Positions 24,701 to 34,078 of a stretch of 39,679 nt of DNA are shown piece by piece (position 1 is the first letter of the stretch; each line of letters opens with the position of its first letter). The notes beneath the pieces are model-generated. The model was not told the origin of the DNA. It did no database searches and saw nothing but the letters and a program-made list of their open reading frames with translations. Both the position numbers and the translations under genes were made by a program. Location of the stretch: positions 1 to 39,679 of the IMG/VR virus record IMGVR_UViG_3300032277_000022; one strand, given 5' to 3'. The DNA comes from a virus. Lineage: Duplodnaviria > Caudoviricetes.

Positions 24701-26608
24701 ATCGTCCACCTCGCCGGATCCGTGCTTGCCGTTGTGGACGATGGAGATCAGCGCGACCCCCCGGTCGTTCGAGAAGTCGTCCCAGTAGTCCGTCGAAGTC
24801 GTGCTGGTGGCCGCACCAGCCGGGTCTCCGTACTCCCCCGTCGCCAGGTTCACGCTGGGGATCTTGAACGCGGTCGTGTCCACGACAGCCGTGCCGGTAG
24901 TCGCTCCTGTGTAGCCCGTGGGCGTCCCGATGAGAGGCGAGCCGAAGTCACCAACGCGACCGATGAAGACGCTCAGATGGTTCTGGTTGAGCGAGACCTG
25001 CGTGTCGTTGGATGCGTACCCGTTCAGCGTCTTGTCACCTGTGGCGTAGGTCGAGCTGCTGTGCATGTTGTGGAGGATGGCGAACTCGTCCCCAGTCCTC
25101 GAACGGTGGTGGAAGATCACCTCCCCGTGCGTGGACGGGTTGCATCGCACCAAGAAGAACGCCGCCCAGGGAGTGTTCGGGCCGCCAGGGATGATCGAGC
25201 CCTGGCTCTCCATCAGGCCGTCCGAGTCCGGCAGGTCGTCGCCAGACGTGTCGGACTTCTGCCCGCTGTTCGTCTTGTTCTCGCCCAGGCGCAGTTGACC
25301 CCCGGTGAGGTTGTCCACCTTCCAGTTGTAGATGTTCTGGTTGAGTTCGGTTCCGTCCCAGAGGAAGAACACGCTGCCGTAGTCGTCGTAGCTGCGCCAG
25401 GGCGGGCGACCCTCCGGGCCGATGAAGTGGATCGTCGGGTTCGGCCCCGCGCCGGTCTGCTTGTAGATGGGGCGACGGAAATTCGAGTAGAGGTCACCCT
25501 TCGCCGGGCGCGCGGTCAGGTCCGTGGGAGCCACGTAGGACAGGTCGCCGTCCGGCTGCGCCATCCCGTCCTTCAGCTCAGTCGGGTCGATCTGCGTGTG
25601 CAGCCAGCGCCGGTCCTTCACCCGCGTCACCGAGTCGTTGTTCACGTGCTCGTTCGCAACCGTGTCCGCGTCGATCCAGAAGTGCGCGCGCTGCGAGAAC
25701 GAGTTACCCGTCGCGTCGATGCTGCCGCCGCCGTTGCCGATCTCATGCGGGGAGAACAACGTCAGCCTGGCCGTCCACCCCTCCTCTGTGATCGGGTTGC
25801 CCCCACGGTTCGCGTTGGCGTCCACGCTGAACAGGATCTCCGCCGCCTCGTTGAAGTCCACGCTCGTCACCGGGCTCGGCACCGACGACTGCCCAGCCTC
25901 CACCGGGGCCGTCGCGTAGAGCTGCGACAGCACCGTGATGTTCTCCTCGTCGCCCTCCTCGCCCTGGCCGTAGAACCGCGCCACCGCGCAGAGCCCCGCG
26001 CGCACCGCGAAGTCGCGGATGCCCCAGAGCCCCTGCCAGCGCCACGCGAGGTCGTAGGTGTCCGACTCGTCCTCGTTCTCCACGCGCTCGTACTTCGACA
26101 GCGTGCTCGAGAACCCGTCCCCGTTCGTCGTCGCCACGTAGACGTTGCCGTTCGAGTCCACCTGGATCCGCTCGACCACCTTCTCAAGCTGCGGCACCCA
26201 GATCGTCGTCCGGTTCCGCTCGGCCCCGTCCGGCCCGTACACGATGAACACGCCGTCGCCGTCGATGGCGTAGACGTTGCCCTCGAAGTCCACGGCCAGG
26301 CCCGGCGCGCAGTTCTGGCACGGCGTGATCCGCTCCCACTTGACCGTGATCGTGCCCTCGCCAGGCCCCACGAACTCCGTCTTCGGGTGGTCGTAGGTCA
26401 CCGTCGCCGCGGCCTCCACGCGCGCGGGAAGGGCGCACGCCAGCGCGTCCGTGTAGCCCGCTCGCTGCGCCATCTGCACGCGACCCGTCTCCGGGTCCAG
26501 CGCGCGCACGTTCCGCGCCTTCGGGCTCGTCATGGGGAGCTGGTTCGCCTCCCCCTGGTCCTCGCTCACCCCGCGAAGGGCAGGTCGGAGCTGGAATCGC
26601 TTGTTCAT
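21794..26608 (-). CDS. Tail nozzle/stabilisation protein (tail tubular B or P22 gp10-like) with a ~1100-aa insertion (1604 aa)
   Basis: Start at ATG 26608 (ATGA overlap); ARNV..R.G N-terminus; C-terminal propeller-type motifs FGDRIVLA, MSGRGSPDDW, WWDAKTGGWWPD; follows the adaptor gene. Confidence 0.75.
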   Translation of the reverse strand: MNKRFQLRPALRGVSEDQGEANQLPMTSPKARNVRALDPETGRVQMAQRAGYTDALACALPARVEAAATVTYDHPKTEFVGPGEGTITVKWERITPCQNCAPGLAVDFEGNVYAIDGDGVFIVYGPDGAERNRTTIWVPQLEKVVERIQVDSNGNVYVATTNGDGFSSTLSKYERVENEDESDTYDLAWRWQGLWGIRDFAVRAGLCAVARFYGQGEEGDEENITVLSQLYATAPVEAGQSSVPSPVTSVDFNEAAEILFSVDANANRGGNPITEEGWTARLTLFSPHEIGNGGGSIDATGNSFSQRAHFWIDADTVANEHVNNDSVTRVKDRRWLHTQIDPTELKDGMAQPDGDLSYVAPTDLTARPAKGDLYSNFRRPIYKQTGAGPNPTIHFIGPEGRPPWRSYDDYGSVFFLWDGTELNQNIYNWKVDNLTGGQLRLGENKTNSGQKSDTSGDDLPDSDGLMESQGSIIPGGPNTPWAAFFLVRCNPSTHGEVIFHHRSRTGDEFAILHNMHSSSTYATGDKTLNGYASNDTQVSLNQNHLSVFIGRVGDFGSPLIGTPTGYTGATTGTAVVDTTAFKIPSVNLATGEYGDPAGAATSTTSTDYWDDFSNDRGVALISIVHNGKHGSGEVDDSGGTLQSDGNSMVRINGRLVCKLKMASDLADAIYTGAIFGGSTDEHGHPGLTHLSSWHGDLMEAIGIVGGTSGASSGDPNPNQVRWPGVVASDTPADPFTEHQWSDMTAGSYGTSPDTREQYTANASTVEQMEGYLAYKHGCGDILPGAGVDESVGHLGTGGLGLGNIFQNKHPFAYGEVDGSGSPWNTPRPPVGRAAAGGVTLGPSGVALLSPKEIVAKMNASGEVAWALSGNGHGLGVLAGPDRSVLTVGRHDGSDTTVAKRLKDLGSTYRATGDDTWAIEEAANPARVPVRGLATDVKGSLYWPREDARATVLIEFTAHVNDLDVIATTVGGVTTGYLFQATLSVVGGTNSVQRGSNAEEDALNLVAAINDTGNDTGANAQYLPLDANTEWVATFEDQGGTPHVRLTRRGAFVATSILISPGLGRMSFDEWPSDAVFPAATLLTLKAKKEARLELRDAEDGSLTYDEQFGEARALAVATDPVIPLWPEDDDREGTAENVYVGLFTDGTEDDPTIKKLAQVKRRQVIGENASPRRTAHVAVSAGHLYQTPRGGAPSVVELGARRFNPLSPFTKLWVYRQKLYGLDGLNYVVWDPKTNRVEEWEAEGAGKIPQGAKLACVFGDRIVLARTDDDPHNLHMSGRGSPDDWDTDPTVLTPLSAFSGNSTGNLHFRSHDLVNCIIPARDDLLYIGGAQSFTRLTGDPGGQGQMDNVSQLEGMAFGDAWAVGPSGEVYVKGQNTGIWRLAPNGAVDLITEGWIERRMQDIDLATYDVVMAWSFRQRGLHVYVTPKVEGPQKTESYWWDAKTGGWWPDDWSDEAVQPVCTSVWDGDEPTDRGVVIGSEDGMIRIEDERATDDGAYRIESEVVLGPLTPGELGQVLFTALEPVLVGKPGYGGVWLEVYTGATPDFQGGDDPVFEHYVGAGYGGDLAFTALGNELWVRLRNGAFGEKWALQSLFARAREAGARRM

Positions 26609-27345
26609 GACGGGTTGGTCACGGCAGAGTCCCACCAGCCGGTGTCGATCTCAGCGCGCTGGGCCGCGCCACCCTCCATCTCGCCCAGCTCGTTCTGGCC
26701 CGCGCCGTCCACTTCCTTGAGACGCATCAGCCACTCCGACTGCTCAAGCGCCTGGAGCCGGTGTTCGACGTCCGCCCCGTCCCGGTGGAAGTACGCCTCC
26801 GCGTAGATCCGCGTCAGCCGACGCAGCAGGGGCTCCAGCTCGTCGATCACCTGGAGGTAGGTCGTGTCCGCAGCCTGGCCCGTGCCCGGAGCCACCAGCT
26901 TCGACGTGTACCGCAGCAGGAAAGCATCGGCCTGCGCGTTCACCGGCTGGGGGTACAGGCTGATCGCCTGCACGGGCCTGCCGCCGCTCGTCGGGGTCCG
27001 GTACTCGATGGTGCCCCAGTAGCCGCCGCTGAAGTCCTGGTCGTCGTCGTCCGCAGCGCGCAGCTCGGTGAGCCTCGCCGGGTCGGTCCACCTGAACCAG
27101 TTCACGATCCCCTGGTTGTAGCCGATCACCGCGCTGTCCCGGTAGTCCTCGGGCAGCGTCAGGTAGTCCTGGCCGGACACCAGGGACAGAGAGGCCTCCG
27201 CGCGCATCATCGTGCGCCAGGAGTGCATCGAGTTGAAGTACTGGAGCGCCTGCTTGACGATGGACAGGTCGGAGATTCCAGGCAGCGAGTTCTGCGCTCC
27301 GCTCGCGTGGCGCACCTCGGCCAACAGATCGGCAACGGTCAGCAT
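26605..27345 (-). CDS. Head-tail adaptor (tail tubular protein A-like)
   Basis: MLTVADLLAEV, HSW, GQDYLTLPEDY, ISLYPQP, LRY adaptor pattern; synteny. Confidence 0.75.
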   Translation of the reverse strand: MLTVADLLAEVRHASGAQNSLPGISDLSIVKQALQYFNSMHSWRTMMRAEASLSLVSGQDYLTLPEDYRDSAVIGYNQGIVNWFRWTDPARLTELRAADDDDQDFSGGYWGTIEYRTPTSGGRPVQAISLYPQPVNAQADAFLLRYTSKLVAPGTGQAADTTYLQVIDELEPLLRRLTRIYAEAYFHRDGADVEHRLQALEQSEWLMRLKEVDGAGQNELGEMEGGAAQRAEIDTGWWDSAVTNPS

Positions 27346-27431
27346 GGGTCAGGCTCCAGGTTGTAGGGAGTGCCCCCCGCCGCCGATGGAACGCGACGAC
27401 GGGGAGCGGGGGGAGAGAGTTCTCTCGCGGA

Positions 27432-27962
27432 TCAGCTCGCCGCGTAGGTGGAGATGCCCACCCCGTCGAAGTAGATCTGCATAGCGACCTGGCCCGGCTC
27501 GTCGATCGCCGCGAAGGCAGCCGCTCCGTCCGTGGTCAGGATGCCGCGCTGGATCGCGCCGACCCCGAACGCGGGCGGGTTGATGACGTCCAGGTACGTG
27601 TCCAGGCCAGCCTCGACCCACAGCTTCGTGCCAGCCGTGGGCGCGGTCAGCGTCGAAGACGTGCCGACGTGAGCCATCGTGATCCCTCGGATCATCACCT
27701 TCCCGTACTCGCGAGCGGCAATCGGCACCTGGCAGATCGCCGTGATGCCGCTGCTGCGAGCGCCGCCCGTGAGCGAGTTGATGTTCGCCCAGCAGGAGTT
27801 TTGCGCTCCGACCGTGTTGGTGGTGGTCTCCGAGTCGTTGAACACGATGTCCAACATGACGTGATCCCACTGGAGGAAGTCCACAGTTCCAGAGTTGAAG
27901 ACGATGGCTTCCCAGGGCTCCGGGCCGCCCCAGCCATACGGGGGTTCGAGTCCAACAGACAT
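27432..27962 (-). CDS. Probable capsid decoration/cement protein (176 aa)
   Basis: Directly after the capsid gene; beta-rich, IAAREYGKVMIRG motif; GGAGA RBS. Confidence 0.55.
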   Translation of the reverse strand: MSVGLEPPYGWGGPEPWEAIVFNSGTVDFLQWDHVMLDIVFNDSETTTNTVGAQNSCWANINSLTGGARSSGITAICQVPIAAREYGKVMIRGITMAHVGTSSTLTAPTAGTKLWVEAGLDTYLDVINPPAFGVGAIQRGILTTDGAAAFAAIDEPGQVAMQIYFDGVGISTYAAS

Positions 27963-27997
27963 TTTCAGTTCTCCTTGTTCAGGTGTTCAGGGTGCGC

Positions 27998-29191
27998 CTA
28001 CGAGATGTTGGCGGAGGGGTAGACGCACGCCTGGCGGCGCAGGTCACGGCAGAAGTTGTTGTGCCACGAGTCGATCGGGAGGATGTTCGTCGTCGCCTGG
28101 TTGCTGGGCCGCTTGTTCGGCAGGTAGGTGAAGAACCGCTGCGAGTGGCAGATCTTGTGCAGCGTCATGAAGTCCAGCACGTGGTAGCGCGGACCACCGG
28201 TCGTGTTCGTCGTCGAGTCGTACGCCCCGTACGTGGTGTGCGTCGAGGTGTCGGCAGCCGCCGTCACGGTCGGGTAGATCGGAGCCGTGTCCAGCGCCTT
28301 GATCCACTCGATCTGCGTGCCGTCGAACTGGGCTCCGTACTTCGGGTCGTCGGGGCCGTGGCGATACCAGTCCTGGTTCAGGCGCAGGCTGCGCTTGAAG
28401 AAGATGACGCCGTCCTTCTGCGTGGCGACCACGTAGGGCTTGCTGATCGGGTCCGTGTACTCGGCACCGATGCCCGGCATCTTCTCGTACTGGACCTCCA
28501 TGAACACGTCGTCGAACGCCTCGAACAGGTGGCTCGTGGCGTGCTGGCCGACCGCCGCGTAGCTCGCGCGCGCGTTGTCCCACGCGCTGTAGGTCGTCTT
28601 GTCGATGCCCTGCACCGTGTCCGCACCGCCGTTGCCGCTCTGGTACGAGGCGTAGAGGCCCGCACCGTTGGCTCCCGAGATCTCGTTCGAGAACAGCGGC
28701 AGCGACTGGACGCCAGAGCCCGCCGTCAGCTCCATCTCGTCGTAGTCGGGCAGCGCCCACATCTCGTCTTCCATGCCGTGGATCAGCGAAGTGACCCCGC
28801 GCATGTTGACCTTCTTCCGCATGTCGATGAAGGCCTGGATGCGAACGTCGTCCTTGTACTCAGGACCGGTCGCGTTGTTGAGCATGATCTCCTGGTCGGT
28901 CCAGGAGATGTGGTCGAGACTGAACCGCCAGGGGCAGCTGTAGTTCTCGGTCACCTGGGGGTTCGACCAGGTCTGCTTGTCTTGCGGCTTGTACGTGGTG
29001 TACGTGCTGACCTCTCGGATCATCACGTCGCCACGAATGCTCGAGCCGCCCTGGCACATTTTGACGCCAGGGCCGCCCTGCACCATCCACTTCAGCGAGT
29101 AGCTGTTGCGGGAGATCAGGTTCTGAAGGCCCTGAGCGCCGCCGATGTCGGCAGGCCCAGTAGCCAGAATGAAGTCGGTAAACAGGTCCAC
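27998..29191 (-). CDS. Major capsid protein (397 aa)
   Basis: Size, position after scaffold, GGSSIRGDV and terminal CRDLRRQACV pattern of HK97-fold capsids in this phage type; GAGG RBS. Confidence 0.85.
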   Translation of the reverse strand: MDLFTDFILATGPADIGGAQGLQNLISRNSYSLKWMVQGGPGVKMCQGGSSIRGDVMIREVSTYTTYKPQDKQTWSNPQVTENYSCPWRFSLDHISWTDQEIMLNNATGPEYKDDVRIQAFIDMRKKVNMRGVTSLIHGMEDEMWALPDYDEMELTAGSGVQSLPLFSNEISGANGAGLYASYQSGNGGADTVQGIDKTTYSAWDNARASYAAVGQHATSHLFEAFDDVFMEVQYEKMPGIGAEYTDPISKPYVVATQKDGVIFFKRSLRLNQDWYRHGPDDPKYGAQFDGTQIEWIKALDTAPIYPTVTAAADTSTHTTYGAYDSTTNTTGGPRYHVLDFMTLHKICHSQRFFTYLPNKRPSNQATTNILPIDSWHNNFCRDLRRQACVYPSANIS

Positions 29192-29243
29192 GAGTCACCT
29201 CTCTTGAGGCTGCGCGGCCCGACCGTTCGTGGTGGGACCGCTG

Positions 29244-30218
29244 TTACAGTCCCGCGGCGCGGTTGCCCGCCTCGGCACTCCCGGTCGGGAGCGCTGCGGC
29301 AAGCCAGGCCTTGGCCTTGTCGTCTGCCGACATGGGCGAGGCTGGGGCAGGTTGCTTCTTCGGGGCAACCAGCCCACCGTTCTGCGGGGGAGATTCCGAA
29401 AGCGAGACGCCCGCACCACCCAGCTCGATCTGCGAGGCTCGACCCATCACCGCGTACACCTGGTCGAAGGCGCTGCCGCCCTCCACCTGGACTCGCGGCT
29501 GGATCTCAGCCATCGCCTGCTTGACCTTGCCGAAGGCTGCGTCGTCTCGGAGCTGGGGGTATTGACCAGCCAGCTCCCGCCTCACGACCTCCTGCATTAG
29601 GTTCTGGACCTGCTCCACCACGGGGCCGACCGCTTCCGCGATCCGCTCCTCGGCGTAGCCAGCCATCACCTGGGCAGTCATCGTCAGGGCTTCAGGGATC
29701 CCCTCGTACAGATCAGCGTCCACGGGTTGCAGAGCCTTGGACATGTCCGGCCCCCCAGCAGGGGCCTCCGTGGGTTGCGCAGCGTCTTCGCTGCCCGCCT
29801 CGGTGTCCGTGCTCTCCGCCGCGCCACGCGCTTCGAGGGCTTCCAATCGCTTCATCAGAGCGTCCTGCTGGTTGAACTCCCGGTCCCGCTCGCCGCGCAG
29901 ACCCTTGAGGGTCTCCGCCTGCGTGAGCAGCTGCTCCGGGGTCAACGCTTCGATGATGTCCTTGTGGATCTTCGCGCGGTTCAGCTCCGCGCGCGCGTCC
30001 TCCAGCGCCTTCTCGTCGGGCGTGCTGCCCTCCGAGGCGTCTCCGCCCTCCGTTGCCGGGGCGGCACCCTCCGTGGCCTCCTGGGCCGCCACAGGCGCGG
30101 CACCGACCTCGTTGGTCAGGAGCCCCTGCAGCAGCTCGGCGTCAGCGGCATCGCGCGCCTGGGCCTGCTCCGCGGGCGTCGGGGCCTGCTGGCCCTCAGT
30201 CGTCTCGTTCTCTTCCAT
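29244..30218 (-). CDS. Capsid scaffolding protein (324 aa)
   Basis: Very acidic, Ala/Glu-rich, coiled coil; directly upstream of the capsid gene; GGGGAG RBS. Confidence 0.75.
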   Translation of the reverse strand: MEENETTEGQQAPTPAEQAQARDAADAELLQGLLTNEVGAAPVAAQEATEGAAPATEGGDASEGSTPDEKALEDARAELNRAKIHKDIIEALTPEQLLTQAETLKGLRGERDREFNQQDALMKRLEALEARGAAESTDTEAGSEDAAQPTEAPAGGPDMSKALQPVDADLYEGIPEALTMTAQVMAGYAEERIAEAVGPVVEQVQNLMQEVVRRELAGQYPQLRDDAAFGKVKQAMAEIQPRVQVEGGSAFDQVYAVMGRASQIELGGAGVSLSESPPQNGGLVAPKKQPAPASPMSADDKAKAWLAAALPTGSAEAGNRAAGL

Positions 30219-30242
30219 GTCGTCTCCCCGATTAGAGTTAGA

Positions 30243-30608
30243 TCAGCCGTCGAATTCTACGTCCATCCCCACGTCCCGCATTCTGGCCGCGTAGTCCCGT
30301 GCGTGGGAGCGGCCCTGGAACATGGGTGTTCCTCGCTTGTCGCGCCCGTCCGCGTGCCTGGTGATCGGGTCTTTCCGGTCCACCTGGTAGTTCTTGAACA
30401 TCCCGTCGAACTTCACGCAGACCTCATGCTGCCGCCCGCCGTCCCCGGAGGGCAGCCGGACGAGCTTCCGCCCGTTCCAGGTCGCCACCTCCCCGATGTC
30501 GTGGATCTCCTCGTCGTCGGCCAGCTCCATGAGCACCTTCTGGCCCGTCTCCTGGTCCTCGTAGCGGTAGATCCGCCGCAGTCCCGCCGTGTCCTTCGCC
30601 TTCTTCAT
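30243..30608 (-). CDS. Small portal-adjacent protein (121 aa), FmdB-like position and pattern but Cys-poor
   Basis: IYRYEDQETGQ pattern; lies between portal and scaffold. Confidence 0.6.
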   Translation of the reverse strand: MKKAKDTAGLRRIYRYEDQETGQKVLMELADDEEIHDIGEVATWNGRKLVRLPSGDGGRQHEVCVKFDGMFKNYQVDRKDPITRHADGRDKRGTPMFQGRSHARDYAARMRDVGMDVEFDG

Positions 30609-30611
30609 GCT

Positions 30612-32531
30612 CTAGAGCCCTCCGAGCCCACCGGGGGCCACCGGGGCCGCGCCCTGTGCGCCGCCTCCGCCGCCCGCGTACTGCCGTCCCTCATGCATCG
30701 GGCCGCTCGGACCCGTGCGCCTCGGCGGAGCGGCACCGCCGCCAACGCCCCTGTACTCGCCCACGTCCCGCGTCAGCCGCGGCTGGTTGTCCGGGGCCGG
30801 TCCCTCGAACGGGGCCATCGCCATCGCGGCCTCGTTGTCCACCAGGTCGTCCAGCTCCGGGATCCCGAACCGCTCCGCCATCAGGTCGTCCATCTTGGCC
30901 CAGTCCGCGAAGGGGAACTGCTGGCGCATCGGCAGTGACGGCAGAAGGTAGCCGTTCATCGCCGTGTCCACCGCGCGGCCCCACTCGCCCTGCCCCATGC
31001 GCTGCATCGAGTACGCCTCGATCTCAAGCTCGAGGTCATCGAACGTCGCATCGCTCGACTTGTCGTGCAGGCCACCGTGGAACCACGGCTCCTCCATCTC
31101 CATCTCCGCGGCAGCGTCCGCGCCCAGGGGGAAGACCACCGCCGAGTCGTGGTACAGGTAGTACGCCACGATCCGCAGCACGTCGCTCATCGCGTCACCG
31201 AACTGCTGGCGCAGGTACGACAGACGGCTGGCCGTCGAGTCCGCGGCGATCGTGTGCTCCGTCGCCGTGCCCTCCCCGGTCACCTTGCCCTGCTGCGCGT
31301 CGTCCATCGCAGACACGCGCTGCAGCGTGTCCACGGTCCACATCGCGCCCTTGTACTGCGTCTCCGTCGCGCCACCCAGCTCCGCCTGGGCGAACTTGTC
31401 CTTATCGAAGCCGGGGATGCCCACGTAGAAGTCATGCTGCGCACGCTTCAGGATCGCAGCGCTCTTCGCGTCCCGCTGGTTGTAGAGGATCACCCGCTTG
31501 TGCCGCTCGTTCGACCGCTCCACCGCGCGAGCCTGGCGGTTCGCCGCGCGGATCTGCGCCTCGACCGCGACCAGCGGCGACAGCGGCCACAGCCGGTTCG
31601 GCATGTGGTACGCGCCGAACACCACGTAGGGACCGCGCGCCGGGCCGTAGAACGGTTCGGGATCCTTCGCCAGCGTCCACTCGTAGTGCTTCGGGCCGCT
31701 CGCGGCCTTCGCCATCGTCATCAGCGTGCCGTGATAGCCCTGCTGCGTGCCCTTCGACTCGTCGCAGTTGTACCCAGCCACCCAGACGGTGATCATCTCC
31801 ACTTGCTCGGCCTTCGTGTCACGGTCGCCCGCCTGCTTCCGCAGCGGGTCCACGAACTCCGACTCGCCGCCAGGGGCCGCTCCGCCGTCGCGCAGCCTGC
31901 GCAGGACTTCCGCGCGCCACCCCTTCTCCGGGTGCGCCTCCGCCTCCTTCATCAGGTCATCGATCCGCGCGTACCACCCGTGCCCCATGTGCTCCGCGTC
32001 CGACAGCGTCAGCGCCTGCGAGTCCACGAAGAACAGCTTCTGCGGGATCCGGTACACGGTCGGCCACATCGCCTTCTTGACCGCGGGCACCACGCCACCG
32101 CTCTTGTCAAAGAACGCCCGCTCCGTCGTGTTCCCCTCCCAGCGGTTCGGCTCGCGCGTCACCATCGCCACGCCCCAGGCGTAGCAGAAGTCCGTCGCCA
32201 GCTCCTGGCCCACGCGGCGCAGGTTCACGTCGCGCACCCAGCGGTTCAGGCCGTGTCCGATCGCGTCCGCCACCTGCTGCTGCGTGCCAGGGCGGCGCGT
32301 CTTCACGCGCGTCCGCGGGTTGTCGTACATCAGCCGCCCCACCATCAGCGAGGTGTAGCTGTAGTAGTGGTTCCACGGCATGTACGTCGCCGTCACGCGC
32401 CGCGAGTAGTGCGGGCCGTGCGCGGCAGCGATCATCGTGTCCATCGACCACAGGTGGTCGTCGCGGAACTCGGTGTCCTGCTTGATCCGCGCGGACCAGC
32501 GTTCCAGGGCTTTCGGGTCTGCGTAGTCCAT
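30612..32531 (-). CDS. Portal protein (639 aa)
   Basis: Start reassigned to ATG 32531 (TGATG overlap); follows terminase; YDNPR, FFVD, WPLSP, GTATE motifs; Pro/Gly tail. Confidence 0.88.
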   Translation of the reverse strand: MDYADPKALERWSARIKQDTEFRDDHLWSMDTMIAAAHGPHYSRRVTATYMPWNHYYSYTSLMVGRLMYDNPRTRVKTRRPGTQQQVADAIGHGLNRWVRDVNLRRVGQELATDFCYAWGVAMVTREPNRWEGNTTERAFFDKSGGVVPAVKKAMWPTVYRIPQKLFFVDSQALTLSDAEHMGHGWYARIDDLMKEAEAHPEKGWRAEVLRRLRDGGAAPGGESEFVDPLRKQAGDRDTKAEQVEMITVWVAGYNCDESKGTQQGYHGTLMTMAKAASGPKHYEWTLAKDPEPFYGPARGPYVVFGAYHMPNRLWPLSPLVAVEAQIRAANRQARAVERSNERHKRVILYNQRDAKSAAILKRAQHDFYVGIPGFDKDKFAQAELGGATETQYKGAMWTVDTLQRVSAMDDAQQGKVTGEGTATEHTIAADSTASRLSYLRQQFGDAMSDVLRIVAYYLYHDSAVVFPLGADAAAEMEMEEPWFHGGLHDKSSDATFDDLELEIEAYSMQRMGQGEWGRAVDTAMNGYLLPSLPMRQQFPFADWAKMDDLMAERFGIPELDDLVDNEAAMAMAPFEGPAPDNQPRLTRDVGEYRGVGGGAAPPRRTGPSGPMHEGRQYAGGGGGAQGAAPVAPGGLGGL

Positions 32532-34078
32532 CAGTTCACGTAGCCGAGCGGGTCGATGTCTTCGTCGGGCCAGTGCTCGTCGATGGCCGTCGTGTCGTTG
32601 AAGCCGAGTAGGCGTTCGTCGTGCTCGTGCACGGCGTTGTGATCCAGCTCGGAGCCGTAGCTGCCCGGGGCGTGCTTCGGCCCCCAGGTCGGCGTCAGGT
32701 CCGTCCCCCACAGCCAGCCCAGGAACATGTGGGTCGCGTCGATCGCGTGGTCCACACAGCGCGGGTCAGGCGTCTCGCGCGCGGGCTGGCCGTCCTTCAG
32801 CACAGCCCACCTGAAGTCCGGGATCTCCTCAAGGAGCCCCTGCGGCTTGAACTGCTCCGCGCACACGGTGCACGGCTCTTCGAGGAAGGCGTCCTCCGCG
32901 AACAGCAGCGTCCCGTCCGCGAGGTGGTCCTGCATCATCTGCAGGTTGGAGAGCGCATACCCCGGCTTCTTGTCCGCCGCCACGATCAGGTCGCCCTCGT
33001 CGCGCCCACCCAGCGGGCCGAGGCGGTCGTTCAGGTAGTGGATCGCCGTCAGGTCCGCGCCGTCCGCCACGATCACCTTCAGGTCGAACCTGTCGATAGC
33101 CCGCTCGATCGCGCCAGCCCACCAGTCCGGGCGCATCTCGCGCCGGTAGATCTCGCCAACGCGAACCGCGGTCTCACCGATCATCCCGAACACTTCGAGC
33201 GCCTGGGCGTGCCGGTAGCCGAAGTCCAGGCCTGCCCCGTACCAGTCGAACTTGAGGCCCGCGCTCGGCTCCTCGGGGTCCAGGAGCCATTGGTCGAGCC
33301 GCGTGTGGTGCTTCGCCGGGTCGTAGTTCGAGAGGATCTGCCCCTCGGCGCTCACCCAGAGCCCATCGCGGAGCCGCGCGCGCCGCGCGCCCGAGAGAGC
33401 GTCGAGGCGGGCCTGGTCGCGCTTCGTGAACACCGGGTTGTCGCAATGCCGCGCTCGGATGCGCCGCATCTTCCCGTCGAGCGCGCGCTTGTTCAGCCAG
33501 TGGTTCGAGTGCGACGGGTTGCAGTCCGCGACCATCTGGTCCCAGTACAGCGCCTCGCCGTCCTTCCCCGTGCCGACATGGATCGCCTTGTTCCGCACGC
33601 GCGTGCCCAGCTTCTCCCACTCGTCCTGTTCCCCCTCCGTCGCTTCGAAGTAGCAGACGAAGTCGTACTCGGTGGACATGATCCGGTCTGGATTGTCCAT
33701 CCCCCCCAGCACGACGCGCGTCCCGTTCGGGAAGTCGTAGAAGTCCCGGTGCGACCGAGCTGGGCCAGACAGGCACGGGTGGCCCTTCGGCACGACGTGC
33801 TCCTCCCAGGTCACCAGAATGGACTCCGTCATCGACTTGCGCGTCTTCCGCACCCAGAGCTGCCGCATCCCGGCGAACTCGTTCGCCAGCATGTAGCACT
33901 TCTCCAGGAGCGTGCGCGACTTGCCGGTGTTGGCCGGGCCTTCGTACAGGATCTCGGGCTCGCACGCCGTCAGCATCTCGACGGACGCACCGTGGGCTCG
34001 GAACTGCGGCTTCGCGCTCCGCTCCTTGGCCTGGATCTCCTCGACCCCGGCGATCGGCCTGCCCACCCGCGCACCCAT
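32531..34078 (-). CDS. terL: Terminase large subunit (515 aa)
   Basis: Walker A GPANTGKS, VRKT, Walker B-like CYFEATE, DCNP..SNHWL, DNP, GLWVSAEG, nuclease GLDFGY and DHAIDA. Confidence 0.95.
   Translation of the reverse strand: MGARVGRPIAGVEEIQAKERSAKPQFRAHGASVEMLTACEPEILYEGPANTGKSRTLLEKCYMLANEFAGMRQLWVRKTRKSMTESILVTWEEHVVPKGHPCLSGPARSHRDFYDFPNGTRVVLGGMDNPDRIMSTEYDFVCYFEATEGEQDEWEKLGTRVRNKAIHVGTGKDGEALYWDQMVADCNPSHSNHWLNKRALDGKMRRIRARHCDNPVFTKRDQARLDALSGARRARLRDGLWVSAEGQILSNYDPAKHHTRLDQWLLDPEEPSAGLKFDWYGAGLDFGYRHAQALEVFGMIGETAVRVGEIYRREMRPDWWAGAIERAIDRFDLKVIVADGADLTAIHYLNDRLGPLGGRDEGDLIVAADKKPGYALSNLQMMQDHLADGTLLFAEDAFLEEPCTVCAEQFKPQGLLEEIPDFRWAVLKDGQPARETPDPRCVDHAIDATHMFLGWLWGTDLTPTWGPKHAPGSYGSELDHNAVHEHDERLLGFNDTTAIDEHWPDEDIDPLGYVN

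Noticed and set aside
22784-26806. 1340-aa plus-strand ORF
   Set aside because: Mirror frame of the nozzle gene; no independent coding signal.
27346-27431. Possible terminator after the capsid/decoration genes (CCCCCCGC...GCGGGGGG)
   Set aside because: Long imperfect loop and no U-tract on the minus strand; plausible but unsupported.
33630-33670. Atypical terminase Walker B (CYFEATE) as a sign of inactivation
   Set aside because: The catalytic Glu and all other ATPase and nuclease motifs are intact; likely natural variation.
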